64,000 bases of DNA from the human T2T-CHM13v2.0 reference genome, Homo sapiens: NCBI RefSeq assembly GCF_009914755.1, contig NC_060942.1; one strand, 5' to 3'. The first letter of the stretch is position 1, and every line of letters starts with the position of its first letter. Under the pieces are notes generated by a model. The model was not told the origin of the DNA. It searched no databases and saw only the letters and a list, made by a program, of their open reading frames with translations. The translations under genes were made by a program, and so were the position numbers. Positions 35,609 through 60,322 of this stretch are shown piece by piece.

Positions 35609-36393
35609 TATATATTTTTAAAATGGGAGCAGGGAGGAGTATGTAGGGTGCTGGGGAAAGATAATCCAGAAACTTTAATTGAGCCCATTTCCAAAGATTT
35701 TCCTTGTGCTGGCTGGCCTAACTCCTACCCAAGCCAAGTCCTGGGCTGCAGAAGACCCTGGTGTCCATGGCTCCAGCACCTTTCTTTGAGGCCATGTGGA
35801 GAGAAAGCTGGGGGGTAGGGGGTTCCTGCCTCTACCATTCCCCTGTGGCTGTCTCACATGATGAACCCTGCGCAAGTGTCCTTGAACAGCTTTTCTTTTA
35901 AAACAAACATCTAATTCCCTGGAAATGCCCTTAATAAAGTGAGCTCACCAACAGATGGTGCTGCTGGGACTGACCCTCACACAAACATCCTCCTTGCTAC
36001 CTGGAAGGCCTGGCTCCTCCCGATGTTCCCTGCCAGGCATAGAACATGCCTTCAGTTTTTAAGCTATGGAGATCCTGCCCATCTGTGTCTTCTTGTGGCA
36101 GGCCTAGGAGGGAAGTCACCATCTGTAGGGTATTAGGGCAGGAGCTCCCTGGGAAGGGGAATTTTCCAGAGTCACATTGGCAGGCTTGCTCCTCCTCGTG
36201 GCCCCCTTCAAGCCCCAGTTTCCCCATGTGTGGCCTGAACAAAGCTTCAAAAAGTTCTAGAGGTTTCTTCTGAGGATACCAGACATTGGCTCTGGGTCTG
36301 TGGAGCTTCCAGAATCTTGGGGTTCTGCCCCTTGGCTTGTGGTCAAGAACTCGCCTATCTTATGGGTAAGTGGGATCTGATGCAGGCCTGATG

Positions 36394-36657
36394 TTTTTTT
36401 GAGACGGACTCTCACTCTGTCGCCCAGGCTGGAGTGCAGTGGTGCAATCTTGGCCCACTGCAACCTCCGCCTCTTGGGTTCAAGCTATTTTCCTGGCTCA
36501 GCCTTTCCAGTGCTGGGATTACAGGCACGCGCCACCACACCCGGCTAATTTTTGTATTTTTAGCAGAGACAGGATTTTACCGTTTGGCTAGGCTGGTCTT
36601 GAACTCCTGACCTCAAGTGATCTGCTCGCCTCAGGGTCCCAAAATGCTGGGATTAGC
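36394..36657 (-). mobile_element. AluS, slightly 5'-truncated
   Basis: Alu consensus match. Confidence 0.93.
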
Positions 36658-37114
36658 CCTGCCATGAGGAAGGCCTTTGAGGCGACTGACCACTGTGCTG
36701 GACATTGCCCCAGGGCACGTGGTCCCACCCTGGGGAGATGGGAGTAGGGCTCACTTGGAGGCGGTAAGGAGCAGTCCTGCTGCTGGCCTGCTCCTTCACA
36801 TGTCTGCCTGTCTTTGGAGGCATCTCACTTCCTCCTGAAACGGAAAGAATGAAAACTCCCCAGGGGCTGAGGCAAGAGCACCTCTGGCTTCACCCAGATA
36901 CTTCATCTTCCTCAATTCACTTTGCCTTTTGTCAGCCACCATTACAATCAGGAATTACCTATAGAGAGGAAGGAAGAGTAAAGGTGCAAGTCTGCCATCA
37001 CCTTAGGCTCTAGCTGCTGAAGTAAGAACAGAGATGGGTCATAGAAGCCTGGGTCCGGTTCCACACTTTGGATGGAGGGAGCTGGAGTGGGTGAGAGAAG
37101 GGTGTCAGCGTCCA

Positions 37115-37627
<513 letters not shown>

Positions 37628-38144
37628 TCACGTGGGGGTGGGGGGCGGGGAGAGTTCCAACCTCCTCTGGTCTGCCCCAGAGCATGACAAGGCAGAAAGG
37701 ACTTCCAGGTCACCTAGTAAACCTCCTGCATTCTGTAAACTGCCCAAGTAACTTGCAAAGGAGAGGTCACAATCCTATTAGAAGGAGGTACCAAAGAGGC
37801 AGTCAGCAGCGGAGTGGACTGAACGAGCCCCGCGGTGAGAGAGCCATCTGTGCGATAATGAGGTTCTTGCTGAGGCTCAGATGGAGCCTTCCCACCTCGC
37901 TGCAGGCCCTGAGTTCCCTCCACAGGGGAAATGGAGACTGTTTGCTGTGCCCTCCCGGATTAACAATTCAGAAGAATTACTCTCACCCCCATCAGATCTT
38001 TCCCATTCCTCAGGCTCCTCTTCATCAGTGGCAGTGCCTTCTTTTGGCGGGTGTATCTTAAGCTTTTAAAGATCTAAAAGGCTTTTAAGCAAACAAGTAT
38101 ATCTAAATGACAGATGTGAATGTGTGTGTAAATTCGAGACAAAA

Positions 38145-38258
38145 TTTTTTTGAGATGTGGTCTTCCTATGTTGCCCAGGATGGCCTCAAATTTCTAGGCT
38201 AAAGTGATCCTCCCACCCCAGCCTCTCAAGTAGCTGGGGCTATAGGCATACACCTGGC
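38145..38258 (-). mobile_element. diverged Alu monomer
   Basis: tatgttgcccagg...gatcctcccacc. Confidence 0.8.
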
Positions 38259-38867
38259 TTCAAATCTTTCTTAGCTAGAAAAATTGAGTGCAATTGACAG
38301 GATAAGAAAAAGACTCACTATGCATTAGATAATTCATCTTATTTCTTAGAAACCCTAGTCGCTCAAGAGCAAAGCCTCAGTGATTGCTTGTGTAATCTTG
38401 ATTTTTAATAAAAAGGCATTCAAATTATAAGCCAATGATCTATAAATGTGTTTTTTATTAAAAAACAAAAACATCATTGCAATGCTCTGATGATATGTAA
38501 ATATCTTATGTGGAAACTGACTTGAATACCTTCAAAATATGCCACAAGAAGGTTGTGAAAATAAGATGGGAAACCAGAGGAGCAAAATGAAAATGTTTTT
38601 GCCCAGGCAATTTAGATCTGAGGGATATATATAAACAGATTCTTCCCCACACAGCGACCATCCTTATCCACAGAGGAGGGTACAGCCAAATGTTCAAACC
38701 CAGAAGAGTTAATAACTGCTCTATAGGACCTATGTGATCTTGCTGTTCCTCTTGTCCTGAACATGCAGATTCTGTACCCAAGGAGAGAAGCATAATAGTG
38801 ACATATTATTATTGTCAATAATAATATGACATGATACATATATATATATATACAGGTATATATACAT

Positions 38868-38900
38868 GTGACAGAGCAAGACTGTCTCAAAAAAAAAGTA
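38868..38900 (+). mobile_element. Alu 3' stub
   Basis: gtgacagagcaagactgtctcaaaaaaaaa after a (TA)n tract. Confidence 0.75.
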
Positions 38901-38929
38901 AACTAAAGAAAGAAGAAACTTTTATTTCT

Positions 38930-39465
<536 letters not shown>

Positions 39466-39847
39466 TATCACCCTGCTGACAAGGCAGAATGCTGACAAAA
39501 GCGTCAGCATTTTGTGGGGTGAACCTGGGGACACAGGCATTTCTCCTACCCTCAATGTCCTCAGATGGGGTTGAATTGAATACGTCTCAAATTGTTTTCA
39601 AGGCATAAAACTATTGCCTATGTAGGTCCTCAGTAAATGTTGAGTGAATCACATTGTATATATCCAAAACTCTATCACCAGCGTTAGGTGAGATGGGCAA
39701 GGCCCAGGAGGCAGGGAAAGGAAATAATGAAATGTTGTCCATTCATGTGGATCTTAGCCATAAAAGTACTTGTCAGTTTTAACATATATTTGGTTGTTTT
39801 AAAAACACATTTTTACATAAGTAGAGCTTTGGCATATTTTTCTATAA

Positions 39848-40306
<459 letters not shown>

Positions 40307-40499
40307 TAGTATTGTATGTGTGTATACCTGCTTTATAAATAAGTTGGGAATTTCCCCATCTGTCTGAGATCCACGACTGTTCTGCTGGAGGCATTTTCTT
40401 CACTCTGCTATGGCTTACTGTGTATGAACTGCTGCCACACTTATGTTATCTAGAGTTATCTGGAACATTTGGGCCTCCTTGATTTAGGTGAGTGAATGA

Positions 40500-40536
40500 A
40501 ACAACAAGCAACAACAACAACAACAACAACAACAAA
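40500..40536. repeat. (CAA)n microsatellite
   Basis: direct read. Confidence 0.9.
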
Positions 40537-41681
40537 CTATGAGTATAGCTAAACAATAAAAAGATAGTGGGTGAAGAGCTGAGCCCAGTAGTGAAGAGAC
40601 CGGATTCCTGCAGTGTTTCCTGCCTGTCATGAACACCCTGGAGGTGGCCCTGCGCCAGGGTGACCTGCCTCACCCCTGGGTCATCCGTCCAGGGCGCTCT
40701 GGGCATGCAGCCTGAGGCTGGGGAAGCTGCTTCCAGCAGAGAAGCGCTGAGAGGGCACGTGGCTTTGTGGGACGTGGTGGCTCATTCTCTCTGCAGGGTT
40801 AAGTAGTACCTGGTTTCCCTGGGGTCTACAGAAGATCACAATAATTATCTGGACTTTTGTCATTAAGCTTAGGAGGAAAAAATACACCAAAAAAGGAGAA
40901 TGAAATCCTGAGGTTTCTTTGCCTGGTGGGTCATCTGAAACCCCACTCAGGAAGTAACCTAGAAAGGGAAAAGTCTGTAGCTCCAAATGATGGGTTCTCT
41001 GTGAAAGACCTACAACCTGTACACATGGTGTCATCCCATAATAATCAGCCCCAGTCAAGGGGGTCAGGGATGGGAGGCAAATGCCCTTCTCTTCTTCTAA
41101 TCTCCCTGGTGTGGTGGTGTTTTTCTGAGACATCTTTCCTCGTTTGGCCAGAGTCCACTTTCAACACATTCAAGGGAAGGGAGGAGGTGGGTGCTCAGTA
41201 CCCCACTGGGACAGCTGCCTCTTCACCACAGTGGCCCAAAGGTTGGGAGTGAGTTTCCAGATAGTAGCTATTTGAATAAATCAAGGCATATGGACCGCTT
41301 TAGTGCTCTTTCATCAAGTATCTATAAAAGCCTTATTAATAGGATGATTCCTATTTGGTAGGTATAGATCAGTGGTTCTCAACTCTGCCTGTTAGAACCC
41401 TCTGGAAAGCTCAAAATCTCAGGGATTTTACCATTCCGTTGATGAACTGGAAACAGAAAAAGATGATTCTGACAGACTATTTCTTTCTGACGCCAAACTC
41501 CAGGGCCTCTCTTTCCTTTCATTAATTTTATTGGAGTTTACCCAAATAAAAAACATATCTCATCTTATCCACCTCCCTTATCTGCAAGCTGCCCAGCAAG
41601 GAAGGTGAAGGTGTTTGGAAACAGAACTCAGCATCCTGCATACCTGGTGACACATACACCAATGACAGGAAGATATTCTGA

Positions 41682-42162
<481 letters not shown>

Positions 42163-43127
42163 AACACTTAGGTCTTGAGAGAATGAGAAGCTCAAGCAAT
42201 TACTTTTTTATTGTTGATACTACAGGTTGTTTGTTTTACAGTTGGTCTGTAAAAGAAGACAAGGGAATTTAAACTCTTACACTTCTAGTTTTCTGAACAG
42301 CCTAATTTGAGTGGCATTTTCGCTGCATGGGAAGGCATAGCCCAGAGATAATATATGGGGAACGCTCTTTCTGATGTCCTTGGGATTCCTGTGTTGTGTG
42401 GGTTCTTTTTTTTTTTTCACTCCAAAATATATCTATTGTCATCCCTCTAAGTAACTATAGTTTGATAGATGTTTTGGTGGTAATGTGATAAAGTAAAACC
42501 TTAGAGACAAAATTTAGCATAATTGCTGCCAGCATTCATGTGTACAACATTTAGGAAAATCTCAATTTAAGTCACAAAGAGAGTTTTATACCCTGTCCTC
42601 TAGGGCTGGCTGAGCCGATTATTGGCAAGGTTTGATTTCTAACCACTTACAGAGGTATTATAAAAAGGAAAGAAAAAACAAGCAAAACAAACAAAGATAA
42701 AATAACAAACTTCAGAGTGGACTTTAGAAGGAATATAGAAGGGTTGCAGGCACTATAATCTACAGTCATGTGACTTTCCAGCTTCCAAAGTCTGTCCTTT
42801 GGTAGGAAGGAAGGGTTTGGTCAGGCGGAGGGAGAAGAGAGGAAAGGAGGGGGGAGCTGCTCCTGGTTCTGGGAACAGGAGAGGCGAGCCTGGCCAGCAC
42901 CTCCTAGGCTGGGATGGGGGAGTGAAGACGAGACCCGGGTGCAGGCACAGGTGTTTGTTTTCTTGAAACCCCTGTACAGCACTCCTAAGTAGAGGATTCA
43001 CCCTGTTAACTGTGTGAGGCAGGATCAGAAGTTTTGCTAGGAGATGTGAGAGACAATGGCCCTTTCCTGCGGGCTGGGTAATCTGGACCTTTCTCAAACA
43101 TTTTCCAAGTTCAAAAATGAATACTTT

Positions 43128-43265
43128 CCCCAGCTACTCAGGAAGCTGAGATGCGAAGAGTGCTCAAACCCAGGAGTTTAAGGCTGCAGTGAGCTGTGAA
43201 TACACCACTGCATTCCAGCCTGGGCGACAAAGCAAGACTCTGTTTCTAAAAAAAAAAAAAAAAAA
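43128..43265 (+). mobile_element. AluJ right-arm fragment
   Basis: cccagctactcaggaagctgag...poly-A. Confidence 0.88.
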
Positions 43266-43801
43266 TAGGGAGAGAATATTTTCAAAGATATATTAACACA
43301 TTTGGGGGACAAAATTGAACTTTACTCTTAAACATGGTAACTTTGAGAAATGTATTACTGTGATCATAGATGCAGAGGAAAGGTGGCCTTAAGAATCTTC
43401 ATGAATCATTCAAAGTTATCTCTTGCTCTCTGCTTTACACTGGAAACTCTGTAGATTTAGATGGCAAGAAATATTAAGTAAGGAAATCCATGAGCCTCTT
43501 CAAGTGTTTAAGGTGGGGAATAGAACACAACAGAATTACTACATTTCTTAGCAGTAGGCAGCACAGTTTGCAAAACTCCACTAGGTCATACTGTCATATT
43601 AAAAAAAAAAAAGAGATTTTCCAGGTCAAGGATACATTCTTAGAGCTATGAAGCAATCTAGGGAAATCATTGTGTCCCCACAAAACAACTCCATTCCAAA
43701 GAAGAAGTAAAAATACCCATTGGGTATGGCACAGGAAGGAAGCTGTGCCTTGGGTCCAAGCACAAACGGACAAGATGAGCATGATTGGAAATCACTGCTA
43801 A

Positions 43802-44628
<827 letters not shown>

Positions 44629-45162
44629 TAAACTCACAGTTCCATGCTCCAACTGAGAGCTCTAATAGTGAAGATGACAAATGGGTTGATCCTGTGTTCT
44701 GACACAGGAGGGCTCTTACCCACTGGCTTGTCCTGAAGCTGCCACTCACTTTAGTTCCTTCTAGTCCCAAGAAGGACACAGTAACTTCCAGGCTTCCTGA
44801 AGCACCTCACCATTGTGTCACATGAGTGATGCCAACATGGGCCTCTTTTTTAGGGAAAATGGAGGAAGTTGGGAGCACCACAATCCCCCTAGAGAGACGC
44901 TATCTTCTTTCCTTCAAGCTTCTCTCTTCCAGTTTATAGTAGTATCTCCGGAGCACTTTCTAGTGAAATTTTAGGGACACTATCTTAATTTATGTTTTCT
45001 AATAATGAGCATAGAAACTCTTTCATTTCAAATGATAAAATCAAATCTGATTCCTGGATTTTTTCCTTCTAACTTATCATCATCACTAATATATAAGGGT
45101 TTAATCATTGATCTAATATACTTACTTTAATAGTAATTTTATTATTTTATAGTGAGAAATTA

Positions 45163-45700
<538 letters not shown>

Positions 45701-45822
45701 TTTTTAAAAAAATTTTAAAAATGATATTTTGAGGTTCTTTATGCTGTCTTTATTCCACATAATGATTATCAAAACCCAATATAGATGTAATATGGAGAAT
45801 GAAAAGGTAAGACACATACATT

Positions 45823-48660
<2,838 letters not shown>

Positions 48661-48744
48661 GAACACTTATTCTAGTTTATGGAATGAAGCACTGACTGAT
48701 TCTAGAATCACAAGTAAGACAACTGAGATATTTAAACTAAATTT

Positions 48745-49890
<1,146 letters not shown>

Positions 49891-49899
49891 ACAGATAAT

Positions 49900-52060
<2,161 letters not shown>

Positions 52061-52749
52061 TTAACAGAGAAGATACAGTTTTCATGATGCTTGTGAGGAG
52101 CTTAAATTTTTTTCATAAAATGAGTGGGGATAAAGCAACATTTCTAAATCGCCAATTCTTTTATATGTGACTTTAAGTGTGAAACAAAATTAAAATTAAA
52201 TATTATAAGTAAAAATATATAGTTACAAACATTTTACAAATATTGCATCACCTTTTATTTAACATAAAAAACATTTTACATTACTAAAAATCATTATAAA
52301 TACAATTTCTGATGTGTAATGTAGATTCAAGATTTGTAAACCCTCTCCTACTGCAAGACTGAGTTATTTTAAATTTAGGGATATTATCTAAAATGCTGCA
52401 ATGAATATCTTGGTGCATTTTTTTATAGTTCAAATTATTTCCAGATGTGGAATTACTGTGTTAAAGAGTATAGAGGTTTTTAACTCTTAATATATATTAT
52501 CAAATTGCTCTCCTAAGGGGCTGCTCTGATATATGCATCTACCAGTAATGTATGATTGTGCTTACTTCCTAAAATTTCACTGTTTTGTCGTTTCTTTGAT
52601 AATTTGTAAAAAATGTGAGATTAATACTTCAAAAATACTGCATGTGCTGAAAATATCTTGTTTGCATTTGTCTGCACAATGGATTTATAAGCCATACAAG
52701 AATGTTTATTACCTAAATAATGTTGACCAACTTTAAAAATGCCTCTGTT

Positions 52750-52885
52750 AAGCCAGTGGTGGCATGCACTAGTACCAGCTGCTCAGGAGGCTGAGGCAGG
52801 TGGATTGATTATGCCCAGGACTTCAAGTCCAGTCTGGGCAACATAGTGAGACTGTCTTTAAGTTAAAAAAAAAAAAAAAAAAAAA
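52750..52885 (+). mobile_element. diverged Alu monomer
   Basis: Alu motifs plus poly-A. Confidence 0.85.
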
Positions 52886-52949
52886 GTCTATGTTGGCCAG
52901 GTATTTGAAGAGTCATTTCAAACCTTCTTTTTCCAGTTGTATCTTAGAA

Positions 52950-54720
<1,771 letters not shown>

Positions 54721-54789
54721 CATTTACTTTAGAATTAATATAAATAAATTGAAAGAAATTATTTGGGTAAGCAAGAGTGAGAGAAAAAG

Positions 54790-55159
<370 letters not shown>

Positions 55160-55479
55160 TTAACCGGTCACATGTCTATCTGAATGACTTGCTGTGCACA
55201 TATAAATGTAAATGTAGGTTTTAGATTAATATAACCTGTGGCTTATATAATAATGTCTGTATACATATTTCAAGATCTACACAATTATTTTTAGTTTTTA
55301 AAATATTTGTATATTAATTACTGATTTTTAATCCTCCAGATGACTAGCACAACATATAACACAAGTATAGCTAAGGCCATTTGCTAAATCGGGGGCTAAG
55401 AAATAGGACAATAAATTTAACTGTGATTTAGTTGATGTCATAGAGCAAATGTCAGAGCTGAGAAGGAAACCTTGAGTTA

Positions 55480-55760
55480 TCTTTTTTTTTTTCTTGAGAC
55501 AGGGTCTCACTCTGTGGAGTGCAGTGGTACAATCACGGCTCACTGCAACCTCTGCCTTCCAGGCTCAAGCAATCCTCTGGAGTAGCTGGGACTACAGACG
55601 CATGGCACGATGCTGAGCTATTTTTTTTTTTTTAATTTTTCATAGAGGCCAAGTTTTGCCATGTTGCCCAGGCTGGTCTTGAACTCCTGGGCTCAAGCAA
55701 TCTACCTGCCTCAGCCTCCCAGAGTGCTGGGATTATAGGCATGAGCCACCTTGCCTGGCC
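55480..55760 (-). mobile_element. AluJ
   Basis: Alu match with deletions. Confidence 0.9.
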
Positions 55761-56124
55761 ATCTTTTATTTATTTATTTTTTCCCTGCCCTATCTTATGG
55801 TGCTGAACTTTGAGTTATTTTGTTCTCAAACCCATTGTTGACCCCTCCCAGCCATTCTTAATGCCCAGAGTTTTGGGGGCAAACATGCTGGGATTACCTG
55901 TAGCCCCTTTATTGGCAGCATTGTATGGTCCTGGAGGTTTGGGGGGCAGCATCACTGGCCTAACCTGTTTAGGATTGTATTAACGCTGAAGAAAAGGAAT
56001 AATATGTGGGCCTCTTCAAGAGAACAGAAACCTCACCGTTTTCAGGAGGTTAAATTTTGCCCACTTTTCAACATATTTTGAGCTTAAACTACTCATCCAT
56101 TTCAAATTAAATTGCCTAAGAGAA

Positions 56125-56350
56125 GAAGTTGAGCATAATGTATAAAGGGCACAGTTTTTGGAGACAGAGACGTAGCTTTGAATTCTGGTTCTACCAGTCT
56201 TGGCGTCTCTGTGTCTCAGTTTTGTTATGTGTAGAATGGAGATAACACTGCTCAGGAACGATCAATATTAGGATTCCATGAGGAAATTTAGATAGCACTA
56301 ACCACATATAGCACTCAACAAATATCTAATGCTATTATTAACATTAGTGC
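56125..56350 (+). mobile_element. MIR
   Basis: tttgaattctggttctacc, ctctgtgtctcagtttt, gcactcaacaaat. Confidence 0.7.
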
Positions 56351-56989
56351 TTAGCAGGATGTCAGGCTGTTGGAACCCAGTAGCTGATAGCTAATCGTTT
56401 TATTAAGTAAAAATTCTCAAGGTAAGTGTTAAGATTCCCCGAGGGTTCCTCTGTGGCTGCTGACACTGACAAAAGAGAGGTGACGATTTAGGGGAGAGAG
56501 GTCTTGACTTACTCGGATTAGTAGGCATAGCCTGGTGGCAGAAGAGTCTCAACCTGAGAAAATAAGGCTTAGAGACCTACAGAGACCCACTTATGGAGCC
56601 AGATGCCTTGCTGTGGTATCACCAGTGGCCACTTCCAAGGGGCAGGATTTGCACACCTGCTAGCTGTGTATTGAGGAATTGAGTGGGAAGAGTTCTAGAT
56701 CTCAGATTTTTGCTCTCCAACATACTAATTCAAGGCTTCCTTGGGCAGATGTGCTGGCAGGCATGTGTGCAGAGAGCAGACCCAAGGCTCAGGAGCAACC
56801 CCTTTCCTCCTCCCAGAAGCTGGGATATTGTATTCCAGTAATCCTGCCCTACCCCTTCCAATGCACACTCACATGCAGACAGAACCCCTTTCCATGGGGC
56901 TTTCCAGTAGGACTGCTGCCCTGGGGGAAGGACTGAGCTCATCAGATTGAACATCCTAAGTGCTGTGACACAGAACTCTAGGGACCTCC

Positions 56990-57284
56990 TTTCAATTCAT
57001 CTTTCTTCGTCACTTTTTTCCCCTTCCTTCCTCCCTCCCTCCCTCTTCCCTTCCCTTCCCTTGCCTCCCCTTCCCCTTCCCCTTTCCCTTCCCTTTCTTT
57101 CTCTCTCTTCCTTTCTTCCTTCCTTTCTCCCCTTCCCTTCCTTTCTCCTTTCTCTTTCTTTCTTCCTTTCTTTCTTTCTTTCTTTCTTTTTCTTTTCTTT
57201 CTTTCTTTCCCTTCCTTCCTTTCCTTCCTTCCTTCCTTCCTCCCTCCCTCCCTCCCTCCCTCCCTCCCTCCCTCCCTCCCTCCC

Positions 57285-57344
<60 letters not shown>

Positions 57345-57360
57345 TCCTTTTCTTTCTCCT
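56990..57360. repeat. ~350-bp polypyrimidine tract (TTCC/CCCT/TTTC/CT)
   Basis: direct read. Confidence 0.95.
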
Positions 57361-57475
57361 GAGACAGGGTCTCCCTCTGTTGCCCAGACTGATGTGAACT
57401 CCTGGCTTCAAGTGATGCTCCCACCTCGGCCTCTCAAAGTGCTGGAGTTACAGATGTGAGCCACCATGCTCAGCC
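57361..57475 (-). mobile_element. FLAM/Alu left monomer
   Basis: Alu left-arm match. Confidence 0.88.
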
Positions 57476-57547
57476 TCTCATCTTTTTTCTATGTCTTTTT
57501 TTCTTTTTAAAAAACAAACAAAGAAACAAACAAAAAAAGAGAGAGAG

Positions 57548-57665
57548 AGAGATGGGTTCTTAGCATGTTGGCCAGGTTGGCCTTGCACTCCTGGCCTCAA
57601 GCAATCCTCCCACCTTGGTCTCCCAAAGTGCTAGGATTACAGGCATAAGCCACCACATCCAGCTT
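57548..57665 (-). mobile_element. FLAM/Alu left monomer abutting U6atac 3' end
   Basis: Alu left-arm match starting immediately after the U6atac T-run. Confidence 0.9.
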
Positions 57666-57792
57666 AAAAATGATGCTTTAGATGCCACAAAATAGGTGGA
57701 AATGTGTTAACTTCATGTTAGTTGTCAGGCCTGAGGGCCTCTTCCATCCTTGTCAAGGGGAGTGCTAACAAGTCTCTCCTTTCATACAACAC
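57666..57792 (-). pseudogene. RNU6ATAC: full-length U6atac snRNA retro-pseudogene (RNU6ATAC-P family; number not determinable)
   Basis: reverse complement GTGTTGTATGAAAGGAGAGACTTGTTAGCACTCCCCTTGACAAGGATGGAAGAGGCCCTCAGGCCTGACAAC...GTGGCATCTAAAGCATCATTTTT matches U6atac end to end with multiple substitutions; no PSE upstream. Confidence 0.95.
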
Positions 57793-57796
57793 TCAC

Positions 57797-57885
57797 CTTT
57801 GAAAAATTCCAAGCCTACATAAAAGTTGAGAGAATAGCACCCTGGACACCATGATATCCTTCACCTAAAACTCACCAGTTCTTTC
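57797..57885 (-). mobile_element. L1MC/ME 3' terminal fragment
   Basis: ttgaaaaattccaagcctacataaaagttgagagaatag...ccttcacct. Confidence 0.6.
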
Positions 57886-58469
57886 AACTGGCATTTGAGC
57901 ACCCACTCCATGCTAGGTGCTGTGATAGCCTTTGGGTGCACAAAAGGAAGTGAGTCTTGGTTCCTGAGCACAGACTTGCTCAGGCTTATCAGAAAAAGGA
58001 GACCATAAAACAAAAACCTATAGTATGGCCTGGTAATATTTTGTTACTGCAGGCATAAAGAACTGTAGGAATAAATGGAGAGGAGTCACTTTCTGATTGG
58101 ACATTAGAGAATGTCTCTAGTGACGGTAGTATTCCAGAGAGGCAGACTGTGGGCTCAAGTGCAGCGTGGGTGAAGGCGTAGGGATTTGGCAAGCCCTGAT
58201 AGATTTGGAAAATGGCAGCTCAATTCAGAAAGTTCTAGCTCTGGTCACAGGAGGCCTCAGGGACATGGGGTTCAGTAGGAGCATCATGGCTATGAGTAGG
58301 GACAGTAGGTTCACAATGCTGGCTCTAGGCGACAGTGAAGCTGACCACTCTAAAAGCTTAGGCCAAAAATCTTTTCCTATGCTTCTTCAGGAAAGAAAAA
58401 TAAAATGTTTGCCAGGTCTGGTGGCTGTTGGGATCTTGCTTGAAGAGTAAGGGCTGTTGAATTATGTAA

Positions 58470-58959
<490 letters not shown>

Positions 58960-59048
58960 AACAGCTCCATTTTGAGTGAAAGGGAATCAACCCTCTTTAC
59001 TTATTTGAAAAGAAGCAAGGATGACGTTTGAAATGTAAGGAAGACCTT

Positions 59049-59360
59049 GGCTGGGTGTGGTGACTCACACCTGTAATTCCAGCACTTTGGGAGGCCGAGG
59101 GGAGGGGATCACCTGAGATCAGGAGTTCAAGACCAGCCTGGCCAACATGGTGAAACTCCATCTCTACTAAAAATACAAAAATTAGCCGGGCATCATGGTG
59201 GGCAACTGTAATCCTAGCTACTCGGGAGTCTGAGGCAGGAGAATTACTTGAACACAGGAAGTGGAGGTGGCAGTGAGCCGAGATCACACCATTGCACTCC
59301 AGCCTGGGTGATAGAGCGAGACTCTGTCTCAAAAAAAAAAAAAAAAAAAAAGAAAGAAAG
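59049..59360 (+). mobile_element. AluS
   Basis: TSD gtaaggaagacct. Confidence 0.95.
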
Positions 59361-60322
59361 TAAGGAAGACCTATGAAAATATGCAGAACTCGTTTGCCTT
59401 CCAAGGAGAGCAGCATCTCTCAGTTTTTCCAAAAGGCTCTGAAGAGATTGATGGTACAGGGTGGCCTTGGCCGTAACTTCTCATTGCTGAGGTGTTCTCA
59501 TACTGTGGTCAAGAAGGCTAAGCTCTCCCATGCATAACAATATTTGCTTTAACTTTTTCATTTAACCCTTAAGAAAACAACTCATAAGAACTGAAAGCTG
59601 TGACCTCTATGACCTCTCCTCAGATATCTAAATTTTATCATCTTACTGTAGAAAGAGCTGGTTTAGCTGGCTTAATTTGTGTAAATAGACTATTGCCTTT
59701 TCCTTGGAGTTCTTCAGATAAGATACTGTGGTGGTCTCACTTCAGAAGGGGCTGTGGCAGAGAGGGCAGAGATTGCTGGCAGAACCCCCACTCTTTTTGC
59801 TTCTGAGGTTATAAAGAAATTCACCTACACTGGGTGAACTGTGAGATAGGATCATTTTTCCCACATCTGACATGTGGGCCTGTAAACCAAACTTGGGGTC
59901 CCACTTTGGCCCTCAGGCTGCATCGGTGTCTTGCTGGGCACAGCAGTGGTTTCAGCGGTCAGATGGCATGCTCCATGCCCACAGGGAAGGGCATTAGAGT
60001 GCTCTCTTAGCATTAGAATACTTTCTGAGAGCACAAAGGTTCTCATGAAGTTTCTCTCTCATTCTCTGTGGTTTCAGGGCAGCAGAGTGAAATAGGAAGA
60101 GATGGAGGCTTTACCTCCTTAAAGACATGCTAACTTTTATTCCTGACTGTGGCACTGCAGTACCTTGAGAAAACTGAAGTTGCCCTTTATGTAAAAAATA
60201 AGGGAAAAAACCCAAATGTGCTTATGATTTTTTGTCTACTTCCATGTCTAATGGTATATTCAGATGGCAATGGATGATTGCAAGCAGATTTTGGACCAAA
60301 GAATTACATTATTGACATTTTT

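Noticed and set aside
57666-57792. Functional U6atac gene
   Set aside because: Multiple substitutions, no PSE/DSE, flanked by retroelements
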